Virus record (IMG/VR): IMGVR_UViG_3300050132_000248
Span: 32,001 to 96,000 of that record
Direction: 5' to 3' (one strand)
DNA length: 64,000 nt
Origin: a virus
Of the stretch, positions 9,924 through 17,046 are shown piece by piece. The notes beneath the pieces are model-generated. The model was not told the origin of the DNA. It searched no databases and saw only the letters and a list, made by a program, of their open reading frames with translations. Numbering within the stretch: position 1 is the stretch's first letter; each line of letters starts with the position of its first letter. The translations under genes and the position numbers were made by a program.

Positions 9924-10144
9924 TATTTTGTCCTCCTATTTGATTTGTAAATTGTGTTTTTAGAAGCTTTTTCCCATTTGCTTGTTTCAGGAAATGAGTT
10001 ATACATATGATTGATTTGAATTCTATGAACAGGAGCAAAATATGATTTATATTTGCTCTTAGAAGAATGATGATGACGTGGAGCTGGAAAAGCTGGTTCA
10101 CATCCCCATAGAAAAATGAGTATGATAATTAATAGTGTTTTCAT
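9923..10144 (-). CDS. putative small lipoprotein (73 aa)
   Basis: MKTLLIIILIFLWG|C lipobox-like; AAGGAG upstream. Confidence 0.6.
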   Translation of the reverse strand: MKTLLIIILIFLWGCEPAFPAPRHHHSSKSKYKSYFAPVHRIQINHMYNSFPETSKWEKASKNTIYKSNRRTK

Positions 10145-10187
10145 TATTATTCTCCTTATTAGTTAAGATTTAATTGATAATGCTATA

Positions 10188-10523
10188 TTACTTGCTGAAT
10201 TTCTTTTCCCAAAGAGCAATAGCATCTTTGACATTTTTGATTCTTGAGTCATAATCATCATCCTCATACCAAGCATACTTTGCATCTGTAGGACGTTGCT
10301 TTGCCAATTCTGGTAGAAATAGCAAATGACTATTACAACCATGTATGAAGAATCTATTACCCTTCAATATATCATGTTCTATAATAACACACATGAAACA
10401 AAACTCGTTGTCTCTTTTGGCAATTTTCAATTCTTTCAATAATTCCCTGTATATGAGAATTCTGTATTTAGGAAGAATGATTCCTTTCCTGAATTTGACA
10501 TTCTTTAATTCTGTGTTTTTCAT
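10188..10523 (-). CDS. hypothetical protein (111 aa)
   Basis: ORF track. Confidence 0.7.
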   Translation of the reverse strand: MKNTELKNVKFRKGIILPKYRILIYRELLKELKIAKRDNEFCFMCVIIEHDILKGNRFFIHGCNSHLLFLPELAKQRPTDAKYAWYEDDDYDSRIKNVKDAIALWEKKFSK

Positions 10524-10646
10524 GTTATTTTCTCTTTAAAGTTTTAATTTATAAATAGTTGTAACAAGAGGAATAGTTGAAATTCCATCAAAGACTTTCT
10601 ACTTCGATTATCTTTAGCACTCCCGTTGTGCTATCTTGTTAAAAAA

Positions 10647-10736
10647 CAAACTCTCACAAGGTTGTAATCCTTGATAGTAAATAACTTTTAGTTCTCTACT
10701 ACTCAAATAAGATCGTTCAATTTGAATGAGAGTTTG
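10647..10736 (-). ncRNA. tRNA-like structured element, copy 1
   Basis: 10-bp closing stem CAAACUCUCA/UGAGAGUUUG with adjacent 5-bp CAAGG/CCUUG hairpin; related to 14561..14684. Confidence 0.5.
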
Positions 10737-10743
10737 ATATTGA

Positions 10744-10905
10744 TTAACTTTCTATCAAATAGTTATTGAATTCATCTTCATCTCCTTCAACAGAACAAAT
10801 AGTATCCTTTTGTCCTATTCCATGGAGTAATAAATATAACAGCCAGAACTCAAGAATAAGAGCAAAGGTTGATAAAATTGGATGATTGCTTACAAGTGTT
10901 TCCAT
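10744..10905 (-). CDS. small membrane protein (53 aa)
   Basis: Read manually (METLVSNHPILSTFALILEFWLLYLLLH...); AGGAGG upstream. Confidence 0.6.
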   Translation of the reverse strand: METLVSNHPILSTFALILEFWLLYLLLHGIGQKDTICSVEGDEDEFNNYLIES

Positions 10906-10923
10906 AATTTTCCTCCTAAAAGT

Positions 10924-11493
10924 TTATTTGTATTTTAAAGCTCTTTTTGCTATGATTATTAATTTTTTAGTAGTTACAGCAGCAGCATCAGCAGCAGCAG
11001 CATCAGCAGCAGCAGCATAAGCAGCATCAGCAGCATAAGCAGCAGCATAAGCAGCAACAGCAGCATTAGCAGCAGCATAAGCAGCAGCATCAGATCTATC
11101 TTTATCACTCAACCAATCATTTGCCCATTTATTCCATTTCTTGTCTTTATAAACTAATTTTCCCATAAGAATGGCAAAAGCAACTCTTTGATTAGTAGTA
11201 AGTTTTGGAAGTTTTATTCTCTTAATAATAGTCATATGAGTATACGCTTCCTTTAATTTATCTGATTTTGACTCTCCACTTACTTCACACTCATAAAGTC
11301 TTGGATTCTTAATATTAGCATGTATAGGATTTAGTAAAACAGCTAATAATGGATGTGAATAACAATGTAACCACCCATCTGAGCACATTTCTCCTATACC
11401 AGAAGTTGTTACTTCTTTATTTAGTTTCCATTGAAAGTCATTATGTGTTGTTAATGACTGTGTTGTAAGTTTATATCTAATTATAGGTTTCAT
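10924..11493 (-). CDS. phage protein with C-terminal Ala-rich (AAYAAD) repeat (189 aa)
   Basis: N-terminal CSDGWLHCYSHPLLA domain; same Ala repeat type as 5658..6350; GGAGG upstream. Confidence 0.8.
   Translation of the reverse strand: MKPIIRYKLTTQSLTTHNDFQWKLNKEVTTSGIGEMCSDGWLHCYSHPLLAVLLNPIHANIKNPRLYECEVSGESKSDKLKEAYTHMTIIKRIKLPKLTTNQRVAFAILMGKLVYKDKKWNKWANDWLSDKDRSDAAAYAAANAAVAAYAAAYAADAAYAAAADAAAADAAAVTTKKLIIIAKRALKYK
10977..11093. repeat. (GCA)n tract, second copy of the Ala-repeat type
   Basis: Directly visible. Confidence 0.9.
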
Positions 11494-11519
11494 AATTTTC
11501 CTCCGTAAAGTTTAAATTA

Positions 11520-11774
11520 TTAATTTTCAGTTAGTTCTATTGTGCCTTTAAATGGTGTGTAAAATTGTGAACTCCATCCTTCTGCATATAGTCCTATATC
11601 TGTTGGAGCACCACTGTTTACAACACAGGTTCCTGCTAATTTAGAATCAGAATTTTCTGTACAAAGTACAATAAGAAAATCCTCATCATCAGTCTTAGAG
11701 AAAGTGTAAAGCTTTCCTTTTTGAAATTTTTGGCAGCTTTTATTATATTTTGATGAGATAACTTTTGATTTCAT
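11520..11774 (-). CDS. hypothetical protein (84 aa), paralogue of 13051..13308
   Basis: Shared MKS-I-S..KxQxGKxY..LIxLCT..W..G-IEL-E pattern. Confidence 0.75.
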   Translation of the reverse strand: MKSKVISSKYNKSCQKFQKGKLYTFSKTDDEDFLIVLCTENSDSKLAGTCVVNSGAPTDIGLYAEGWSSQFYTPFKGTIELTEN

Positions 11775-11794
11775 AATTATTCCTCTTTAAATTG

Positions 11795-12166
11795 TTAATA
11801 GTTAATAACATTTCTTATTTTAACCCATTGCCAATTATCTGGATAGGTCCCTATTGGATCATCATTAGGAAGTCCATTGATGGTGTCCTGAATGAAAGCT
11901 CTCCAATGTGTGTCAAAAGTTGGTTGTCCATTTGCTGAAGGACAATTGATTGAATCATAAGGCAATAGTTGGATTTTTGTGCAGCCTTCATCTAATTGAA
12001 ATACTACATGTCTATTGCCTGAATTGACAAACCATATATTCCAAGTCATTAACTCAGAATTGTTTATCTTATTTGTGCAGCCAGAGAAGAGCAATGCAAA
12101 TATTATCAATACAATGAGTGCAATCCAACAAGCAATATTTTCCGCTTTGTTGTAAGTTGTTTTCAT
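11795..12166 (-). CDS. putative lipoprotein (123 aa)
   Basis: Hydrophobic stretch ending LLFSG|C; AGGAGG upstream. Confidence 0.65.
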   Translation of the reverse strand: MKTTYNKAENIACWIALIVLIIFALLFSGCTNKINNSELMTWNIWFVNSGNRHVVFQLDEGCTKIQLLPYDSINCPSANGQPTFDTHWRAFIQDTINGLPNDDPIGTYPDNWQWVKIRNVINY

Positions 12167-12187
12167 GATAGTCCTCCTAAAGGATGA

Positions 12188-12352
12188 TTAATGTGAAAGC
12201 CAATAGAGCCATCCCCACATAAGACAGATAACAGCTACAATAATGACATCAAGCCAATGACTTTCATTCATATTTATAACACGATTAATCTCCATTTCAA
12301 TATATCCTATAGAAAGGAATAAAGAAAATACAAATACGATAGTTGGTAGCAT
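12188..12352 (-). CDS. small two-TM membrane protein (54 aa)
   Basis: Read manually: MLPTIVFVFSLFLSIGY...VIIVAVICLMWGWLYWLSH. Confidence 0.55.
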   Translation of the reverse strand: MLPTIVFVFSLFLSIGYIEMEINRVINMNESHWLDVIIVAVICLMWGWLYWLSH

Positions 12353-12356
12353 AGTT

Positions 12357-12530
12357 TTAAAAATTAGGATTGAATGAATAATTAACCTTATAACTCTGAA
12401 ATTCAGTAGTTACACCTACAGAATCACAAGGAAAATTAAGAAATGGTGTGAGAAAATACTTTCTCTGTCTTCCTGAATAAGCAAGATCATAGCCATATTT
12501 TCTTGCAATGTTGAATAGTTTCTTTTTCAT
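12357..12530 (-). CDS. small hypothetical protein (57 aa, MKKKLFNIARKYG...)
   Basis: Read manually; fills the gap. Confidence 0.55.
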   Translation of the reverse strand: MKKKLFNIARKYGYDLAYSGRQRKYFLTPFLNFPCDSVGVTTEFQSYKVNYSFNPNF

Positions 12531-12573
12531 AATATTAGTTTAAATTGTTAATAATCAATCATATATCAAAAGG

Positions 12574-12657
12574 AATGTGTAAAAATGAGAGAAGACAAAA
12601 TACAAAACACATTGTTCAACATAATACAAAATGTCTTCTCTCATAAATTTACACATT
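12574..12657. repeat. long intergenic inverted repeat (about 23-bp stem with internal loop)
   Basis: AATGTGTAAA-A-ATGAGAGAAGACA ... TGTCTTCTCTCAT-AAA-TTTACACATT. Confidence 0.85.
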
Positions 12658-12698
12658 GGTGTCATTCTGCACTACCTTCATTTCACTAATTCATTTAA

Positions 12699-13031
12699 TC
12701 AAAAGAACTCTTCACAATCACAATTTATATACAATAAATCATGATGGAAAGTAGGAGCATGTTCTGGGTAACATCCTTCATGAATTCTACAAAAATCTTT
12801 TGCCCATTCAAAAGCTTCAAATGTCCATTCTTTATTACAGTTTGGAAGAGGAATTTTAATATATCTTTTTTCTATTTCAATATCCCGTCCACAAATTCTT
12901 GAACCAAGAGCATCTACAGCATCAGATAGAGAAGGTTTTCTCTTCTGTTTGAATTTAATACATTCAAGAGTTGAATGTTCTTTGTCAATTTCATAACCAT
13001 CAGGTGCAATGATTTTAATTTCTTTTTCCAT
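12699..13031 (-). CDS. hypothetical phage protein (110 aa, MEKEIKIIAPDGYEIDKE...)
   Basis: ORF track. Confidence 0.75.
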   Translation of the reverse strand: MEKEIKIIAPDGYEIDKEHSTLECIKFKQKRKPSLSDAVDALGSRICGRDIEIEKRYIKIPLPNCNKEWTFEAFEWAKDFCRIHEGCYPEHAPTFHHDLLYINCDCEEFF

Positions 13032-13050
13032 TTTGTTTAGTTTTAAGACG

Positions 13051-13308
13051 TTATTCTGTTTCTAATTCAATTTTTCCTGTCCAAAGTTCTGGTGTAGATC
13101 CCCAACCCATTGAAAAATAACCCACAATATAATTTTCCTCATTCTCATTTTTCCTAATGACATTGATTATGACTCCTATTAATGATTCATGATCTATTGT
13201 ACATAGAATAATGAGTTTATTACCATTTATATTCCACAAATAGCACTTCCCTCTTTGATATTTGGAAGGATTGGAATTAGTTGTTGTTGATAAAATTGTT
13301 GATTTCAT
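13051..13308 (-). CDS. hypothetical protein (85 aa), paralogue of 11520..11774
   Basis: ORF track; visible similarity. Confidence 0.7.
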   Translation of the reverse strand: MKSTILSTTTNSNPSKYQRGKCYLWNINGNKLIILCTIDHESLIGVIINVIRKNENEENYIVGYFSMGWGSTPELWTGKIELETE

Positions 13309-13562
13309 AATAGATTGATTAAGTTTAACTTATAAATATATTGAGTTTTATTGTTGTATTGATAAATATCAACGATATCAATGACAAATATCAATCAAAC
13401 CATTGATATATATCAATGGACTAATTGACAACTCTCATTAAATTATTGATATATCTCATTCTCAATTCCTTGTGTATGTCAAAAATTTCACCGACCTTTG
13501 CCAGCAGTGAGCGGAGTGGAATAAAGCGAACACCGCTTATCTAAAAGCTGAAGGAACAGTCT

Positions 13563-13808
13563 CTAACTATAATACTCCCGAGATAGGAATCCAACACTCT
13601 TCAAATAGAATCTTTTATTATGAGTTCTTGACAACATTGTACGAGGTTTACCATTTTTCTTGAGCCTATCTCTTATTGGATTACCACCTATTGTGTTTCT
13701 CCAGCCAAACAACTTTCTATTGGCTTCCATGGAGCTTGAAAACTCACCAATATATTCTCCATCCTCCCAATAAGCTATAACACGAATAGAATTATCAATT
13801 TCTTTCAT
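13563..13808 (-). CDS. NUMOD1-like small DNA-binding protein (81 aa)
   Basis: VIAYWEDGEYIGEFSSSMEANRKL resembles the NUMOD1 motif; basic C-terminus; no nuclease domain. Confidence 0.5.
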   Translation of the reverse strand: MKEIDNSIRVIAYWEDGEYIGEFSSSMEANRKLFGWRNTIGGNPIRDRLKKNGKPRTMLSRTHNKRFYLKSVGFLSREYYS

Positions 13809-13914
13809 ATATCCTCCAATTGATTAAATTGATTAACAATAAGCTGCTGAACAGCCACTAATAATACTCTTATATCTAAAGGAATAGAACAACTCTATTC
13901 TCATAATAATCAAC

Positions 13915-14055
13915 TCATTCATTATCACAAATGCCCAAAACAAGAACAAGAGCAATAACACAAATCACTGCCCAGACACTATGCCATATAAACTCATAGA
14001 ACACAATACCTATAATAGAGAGTATTAATAAGAATAACCATTTACTTTTAGACAT
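13915..14055 (-). CDS. small membrane protein (46 aa)
   Basis: Read manually: MSKSKWLFLLILSIIGIVFYEFIWHSVWAVICVIALVLVLGICDNE; AAGGAGG upstream. Confidence 0.6.
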   Translation of the reverse strand: MSKSKWLFLLILSIIGIVFYEFIWHSVWAVICVIALVLVLGICDNE

Positions 14056-14210
14056 ATGTATTCCTCCTTATTTGTCAATATAAAGCCATATTAAACTCAA
14101 CATGATTGATTATTGTGTTTGGAATGAGTAAGTTTTTTACTCAATGTGGATACATCCACATCAATTATTCTCACTCAAACACATTGATAATCAATAATTT
14201 ATAACAATCA

Positions 14211-14390
14211 TTAGAGATGTGAATGATTCACTCTGTATATCCACATTCTCTTATAAATTGTTCTCTTGTTAGAGAGCTTTTTATACCTTAATAGGTATTG
14301 ATACTTCATCCACTTCTCCATTTTACAGGCAAATTTTAATGTTGGATAGGCTTTAAAGTCTCCATTTATAGGATTTATGACTATTATCAT
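14211..14390 (-). CDS. small basic protein (59 aa, MIIVINPINGDFKAYPTLKFAC...)
   Basis: Read manually; immediately downstream of a TAnnTTTG promoter element. Confidence 0.5.
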   Translation of the reverse strand: MIIVINPINGDFKAYPTLKFACKMEKWMKYQYLLRYKKLSNKRTIYKRMWIYRVNHSHL

Positions 14391-14405
14391 GGTAGAAATT
14401 TCTTA

Positions 14406-14413
14406 CAAAGATA
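14406..14413 (-). promoter_or_regulatory. Bacteroidota-type -7 promoter element TATCTTTG (early arm)
   Basis: Exact TAnnTTTG on the minus strand in a non-coding region. Confidence 0.55.
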
Positions 14414-14560
14414 CATTAAAGTGACGTTTTCTCTGCATATAGTATCAACTATTTCTCTATTTAGAATGAGTAAGCATTAGTGATACTTAAGTGTACACCT
14501 TACTTATATAGAGAAATAATCAAAACATTATTCTTTATTCCTCTCTATATAGAAAGAATA

Positions 14561-14684
14561 AAAGACTCTCACAAGGTTGCACCTTGACTAACTAGAATGC
14601 AAAATATTCTGCACAAGATTAGTTTCAGCCATATGGCTTATTACCAGAGCTATTAGTTATCCTTGCAATTGGATGAGAGTCTTT
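14561..14684 (-). ncRNA. tRNA-like structured element, copy 2
   Basis: 11-bp closing stem AAAGACUCUCA/UGAGAGUCUUU, D-like hairpin AUCC/GGAU, UAACUA/UAGUUA arm with inserted hairpins, CAAGG-UGCAA-CCUUG hairpin. Confidence 0.55.
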
Positions 14685-14867
14685 GTGCTCCTGCAAACAT
14701 CACTGCTCACAGAAGCGTTAATACATAGCATACAAATCAAATGTTAGAACAACAAAGACGTGCTACAAAATATTGTAATTCAAATGATTATTCTTATTCT
14801 CTATATATGGAACAACTAAGAGTAGATGTGTTACAATTATAAGCCCACCCACACCGCCCAATATATA

Positions 14868-14900
14868 AGAAAAAGAAAAGGGGGAATTTCTTCCCCCTTC
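14868..14900 (-). terminator. intrinsic terminator after 14903..15247
   Basis: AAGGGGGAA/TTCCCCCTT 9-bp stem with U-rich tail on the minus strand. Confidence 0.75.
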
Positions 14901-14902
14901 TA

Positions 14903-15247
14903 TTAGCCAATTGCGTTTTCAAGATCAACAACACCAATCTTCACATTTTCCACTGTGATGGCGTCATAGGTTATCTGATGTTTCTTTTGAGCAATAGCTC
15001 TGTTCCAGGTCAGGTGATTAGCCAGGCTCCAACCTTCATCAGTTACAGTGATAAGGACTGATTTAACATTTCCGTCGGCAAAGTCCTTGTTGAAACCATC
15101 ATCTTCGTGAACTGCAAATGCCTCATCTCCAAAGGCGTAAATGCGGTATTTCTTACCTGCGAAGCCTTCAGTTGTTGATTTGTAATCCCTTACGAGGTTA
15201 GTCCTTTTGATCATCAGGACATCTTCCCCTTCAAGTTTTCTTTCCAT
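14903..15247 (-). CDS. first gene of the left arm, hypothetical (114 aa)
   Basis: ORF track; own terminator; visibly more C-ending codons than its neighbours. Confidence 0.8.
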   Translation of the reverse strand: MERKLEGEDVLMIKRTNLVRDYKSTTEGFAGKKYRIYAFGDEAFAVHEDDGFNKDFADGNVKSVLITVTDEGWSLANHLTWNRAIAQKKHQITYDAITVENVKIGVVDLENAIG

Positions 15248-15289
15248 TGTTTAAAGTTTTAAAATTGTTTTTAGATTAGTTTTAGTGAC

Positions 15290-15301
15290 GGGGGTACCCC
15301 C
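15290..15301. other. perfect GC palindrome GGGGGTACCCCC at the strand-switch point
   Basis: Directly visible; related GGGGGTCCCC at 15441..15450. Confidence 0.9.
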
Positions 15302-15474
15302 AACCACGCTAACCCAAGGTGGGGTTGTTGTTGGCAGTGAACTACTCTCATTATCACATACTTAATTTTCAATTCCAAAAAATTAATAGTAATTTAGACC
15401 CAAGGGGGGATGTTCACAGTCCCACAAAATTTAGAAATTTGGGGGTCCCCACTCTATTTTTAAAAAATAAAATC

Positions 15475-15526
15475 TAACTATTTTAGTTAAACCCTATTGA
15501 CATTTCATGAAATATGTTTATCTTTG
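15475..15526 (+). promoter_or_regulatory. palindromic operator TAACTA-N3-TAGTTA plus -33/-7 promoter (ATTG...TATCTTTG) of the structural arm
   Basis: Operator 15475..15489, ATTG 15496..15499, TAnnTTTG 15519..15526, first ATG 15557. Confidence 0.65.
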
Positions 15527-15556
15527 TGTCGGAAATTGAGAATGAACTAACTACAT

Positions 15557-15907
15557 ATGGAAATGATTGTTCAAAGATTGAAAAAAGAGAATGAAGACTC
15601 TCAACAACTTGCTGAGAGGTATTATGAAATCCTGTCTTCATTGAATTCGCTTAGTCTTACTAAGAGAGAAATTCAACTGGTTGCTTATACAGCTATACAT
15701 GGAAATATTTCCTATCCTCATCTCAAGGAGGAATTTTGTATAAGGTATAAAACGTCTATTCAGACAATTTATAATATGGTGTCAAGGCTGATGAAGCTCA
15801 AGGTGATGGTGAAGAACAATGGAAATATAAAAGTGAATCCTGTTCTTGTTTTAAAATTTGATGAAACAATCGTAATGCAAATTTCTCTTATATATGGAAT
15901 TAGATAA
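15557..15907 (+). CDS. putative winged-helix DNA-binding protein (116 aa)
   Basis: LTKREIQLVAY...SIQTIYNMVSRLMKLKVMVKNNGNIKV resembles HTH plus wing. Confidence 0.5.
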   Translation: MEMIVQRLKKENEDSQQLAERYYEILSSLNSLSLTKREIQLVAYTAIHGNISYPHLKEEFCIRYKTSIQTIYNMVSRLMKLKVMVKNNGNIKVNPVLVLKFDETIVMQISLIYGIR

Positions 15908-16391
15908 ACCTGTTTCTCTTACAATGAAGGCATGGATTATTAGGAACATGTCTGTGAGAATATTAATGCAAGAGAGTGTGATAGAAACAGTTGTCAATCA
16001 TCAATTTGAAACGGCTTTAGCTGCTCTTGAAACATGTAATAGTCTTGAGTTCTCGGGATTTGGAAAGTTCTTCTTTAACAGACCAAAGGCAATTAAAAAG
16101 CTGGAGAGTCTAAAAGAGGTGTTAAAAAAATTGAATGATGTTTTAGAGGATTCTTCTATTACAGATATTAAGAGAAAGAATACAGAAGTAAAATCAGAGA
16201 TGATAAAAAAGATTTTTGAAAATCTAAATATAAAGGTGAATGGATGTATTTCAGATATGGGAGGGGTGGCACAACAAACTATTGCCTCCGAAGGAATTAA
16301 AGGAACAAATAAAGAGGGTGGCAGAGATGAGAATGGAGATTTGCAAGGATTGTCCAAGCAACTCCAAATTCCACAAGACTCTCAGACCTGA
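15894..16391 (+). CDS. HU/IHF-like DNA-binding protein
   Basis: NSLEFSGFGKFFF matches the HU/IHF GFGxF signature; C-terminal 50 codons overlap the next gene. Confidence 0.6.
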   Translation: MELDKPVSLTMKAWIIRNMSVRILMQESVIETVVNHQFETALAALETCNSLEFSGFGKFFFNRPKAIKKLESLKEVLKKLNDVLEDSSITDIKRKNTEVKSEMIKKIFENLNIKVNGCISDMGGVAQQTIASEGIKGTNKEGGRDENGDLQGLSKQLQIPQDSQT

Positions 16392-16566
16392 TGAACATTG
16401 TGTCATATGTGGATGTACATTGTCAGCTAAGACAGCCTGTCTTTCATGTGCTTGTCCTTTATGTAAATGGGATCATGTAATGAGTTCCAAACAGGAAGAA
16501 GAAATAAAAAAGGAGAATGAACAACAAATTAACAGTGAAGAAAATCTTAATGGAGGATTTCATTAG
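16240..16566 (+). CDS. Cys-rich Zn-finger-like protein (108 aa)
   Basis: CKDC...CVICGC...CLSCACPLCKW. Confidence 0.7.
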   Translation: MDVFQIWEGWHNKLLPPKELKEQIKRVAEMRMEICKDCPSNSKFHKTLRPDEHCVICGCTLSAKTACLSCACPLCKWDHVMSSKQEEEIKKENEQQINSEENLNGGFH

Positions 16567-16738
16567 GATATTGACAGAGCTCTATAACGATGGGATAGAT
16601 TGTGTCAGCATGACTGTGGAGAAAGGTGAACATCAGGATTCTATTTATTTTAGTGAATACAAACCAGTTGACAACATTTTGTCGACAACTGAAAGCAAAC
16701 AAAAGAATGAAATAAAGAACGTGGAGGATTTTCTATAA
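16517..16738 (+). CDS. hypothetical protein (73 aa)
   Basis: ORF track; TAATG coupling to the next gene. Confidence 0.65.
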   Translation: MNNKLTVKKILMEDFIRILTELYNDGIDCVSMTVEKGEHQDSIYFSEYKPVDNILSTTESKQKNEIKNVEDFL

Positions 16739-17046
16739 TGACTGTAAAGAAAAATACATACATAACCGCAGAACTTGATTGGGCTGAAAATCAATTAGAA
16801 TCATGGAAGACATATGTGAATGATCATCCTCTTCACACTATGGTCGATAGAATTGAGTGGAAGCCAACAGCAAAAGGAGGATTGATGCCAATGGTTATTG
16901 CATCTATTGAAGCTCAAGGAAAGTTTATACAGGAGACAATGAAGAATTATCTTTCTCTTCTTGAGGTAGTTGATAAACTTAGAGAGAAGGAAGAAGCTAA
17001 AAAAGAAGCAAGAGGATCAGGTAGTGTTCCTCTAAGGATGGGATAA
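16738..17046 (+). CDS. hypothetical protein, candidate terminase small subunit (102 aa)
   Basis: Translationally coupled (TAATG) directly upstream of terL; function by position only. Confidence 0.4.
   Translation: MTVKKNTYITAELDWAENQLESWKTYVNDHPLHTMVDRIEWKPTAKGGLMPMVIASIEAQGKFIQETMKNYLSLLEVVDKLREKEEAKKEARGSGSVPLRMG

Noticed and set aside
13915-14055. Apparent frameshift in a small membrane gene
   Set aside because: Re-reading shows an intact 46-codon ORF from ATG 14055.
14145-14245. DnaA-box-like TGTGGATAC / ATATCCACA
   Set aside because: One- to two-mismatch matches; the first two are arms of a hairpin and the last lies inside an ORF, so not an oriC-like cluster.
10647-14684. Canonical tRNA genes
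   Set aside because: No TTCRA T loop, 7-nt anticodon loop geometry or CCA; reported as tRNA-like only.
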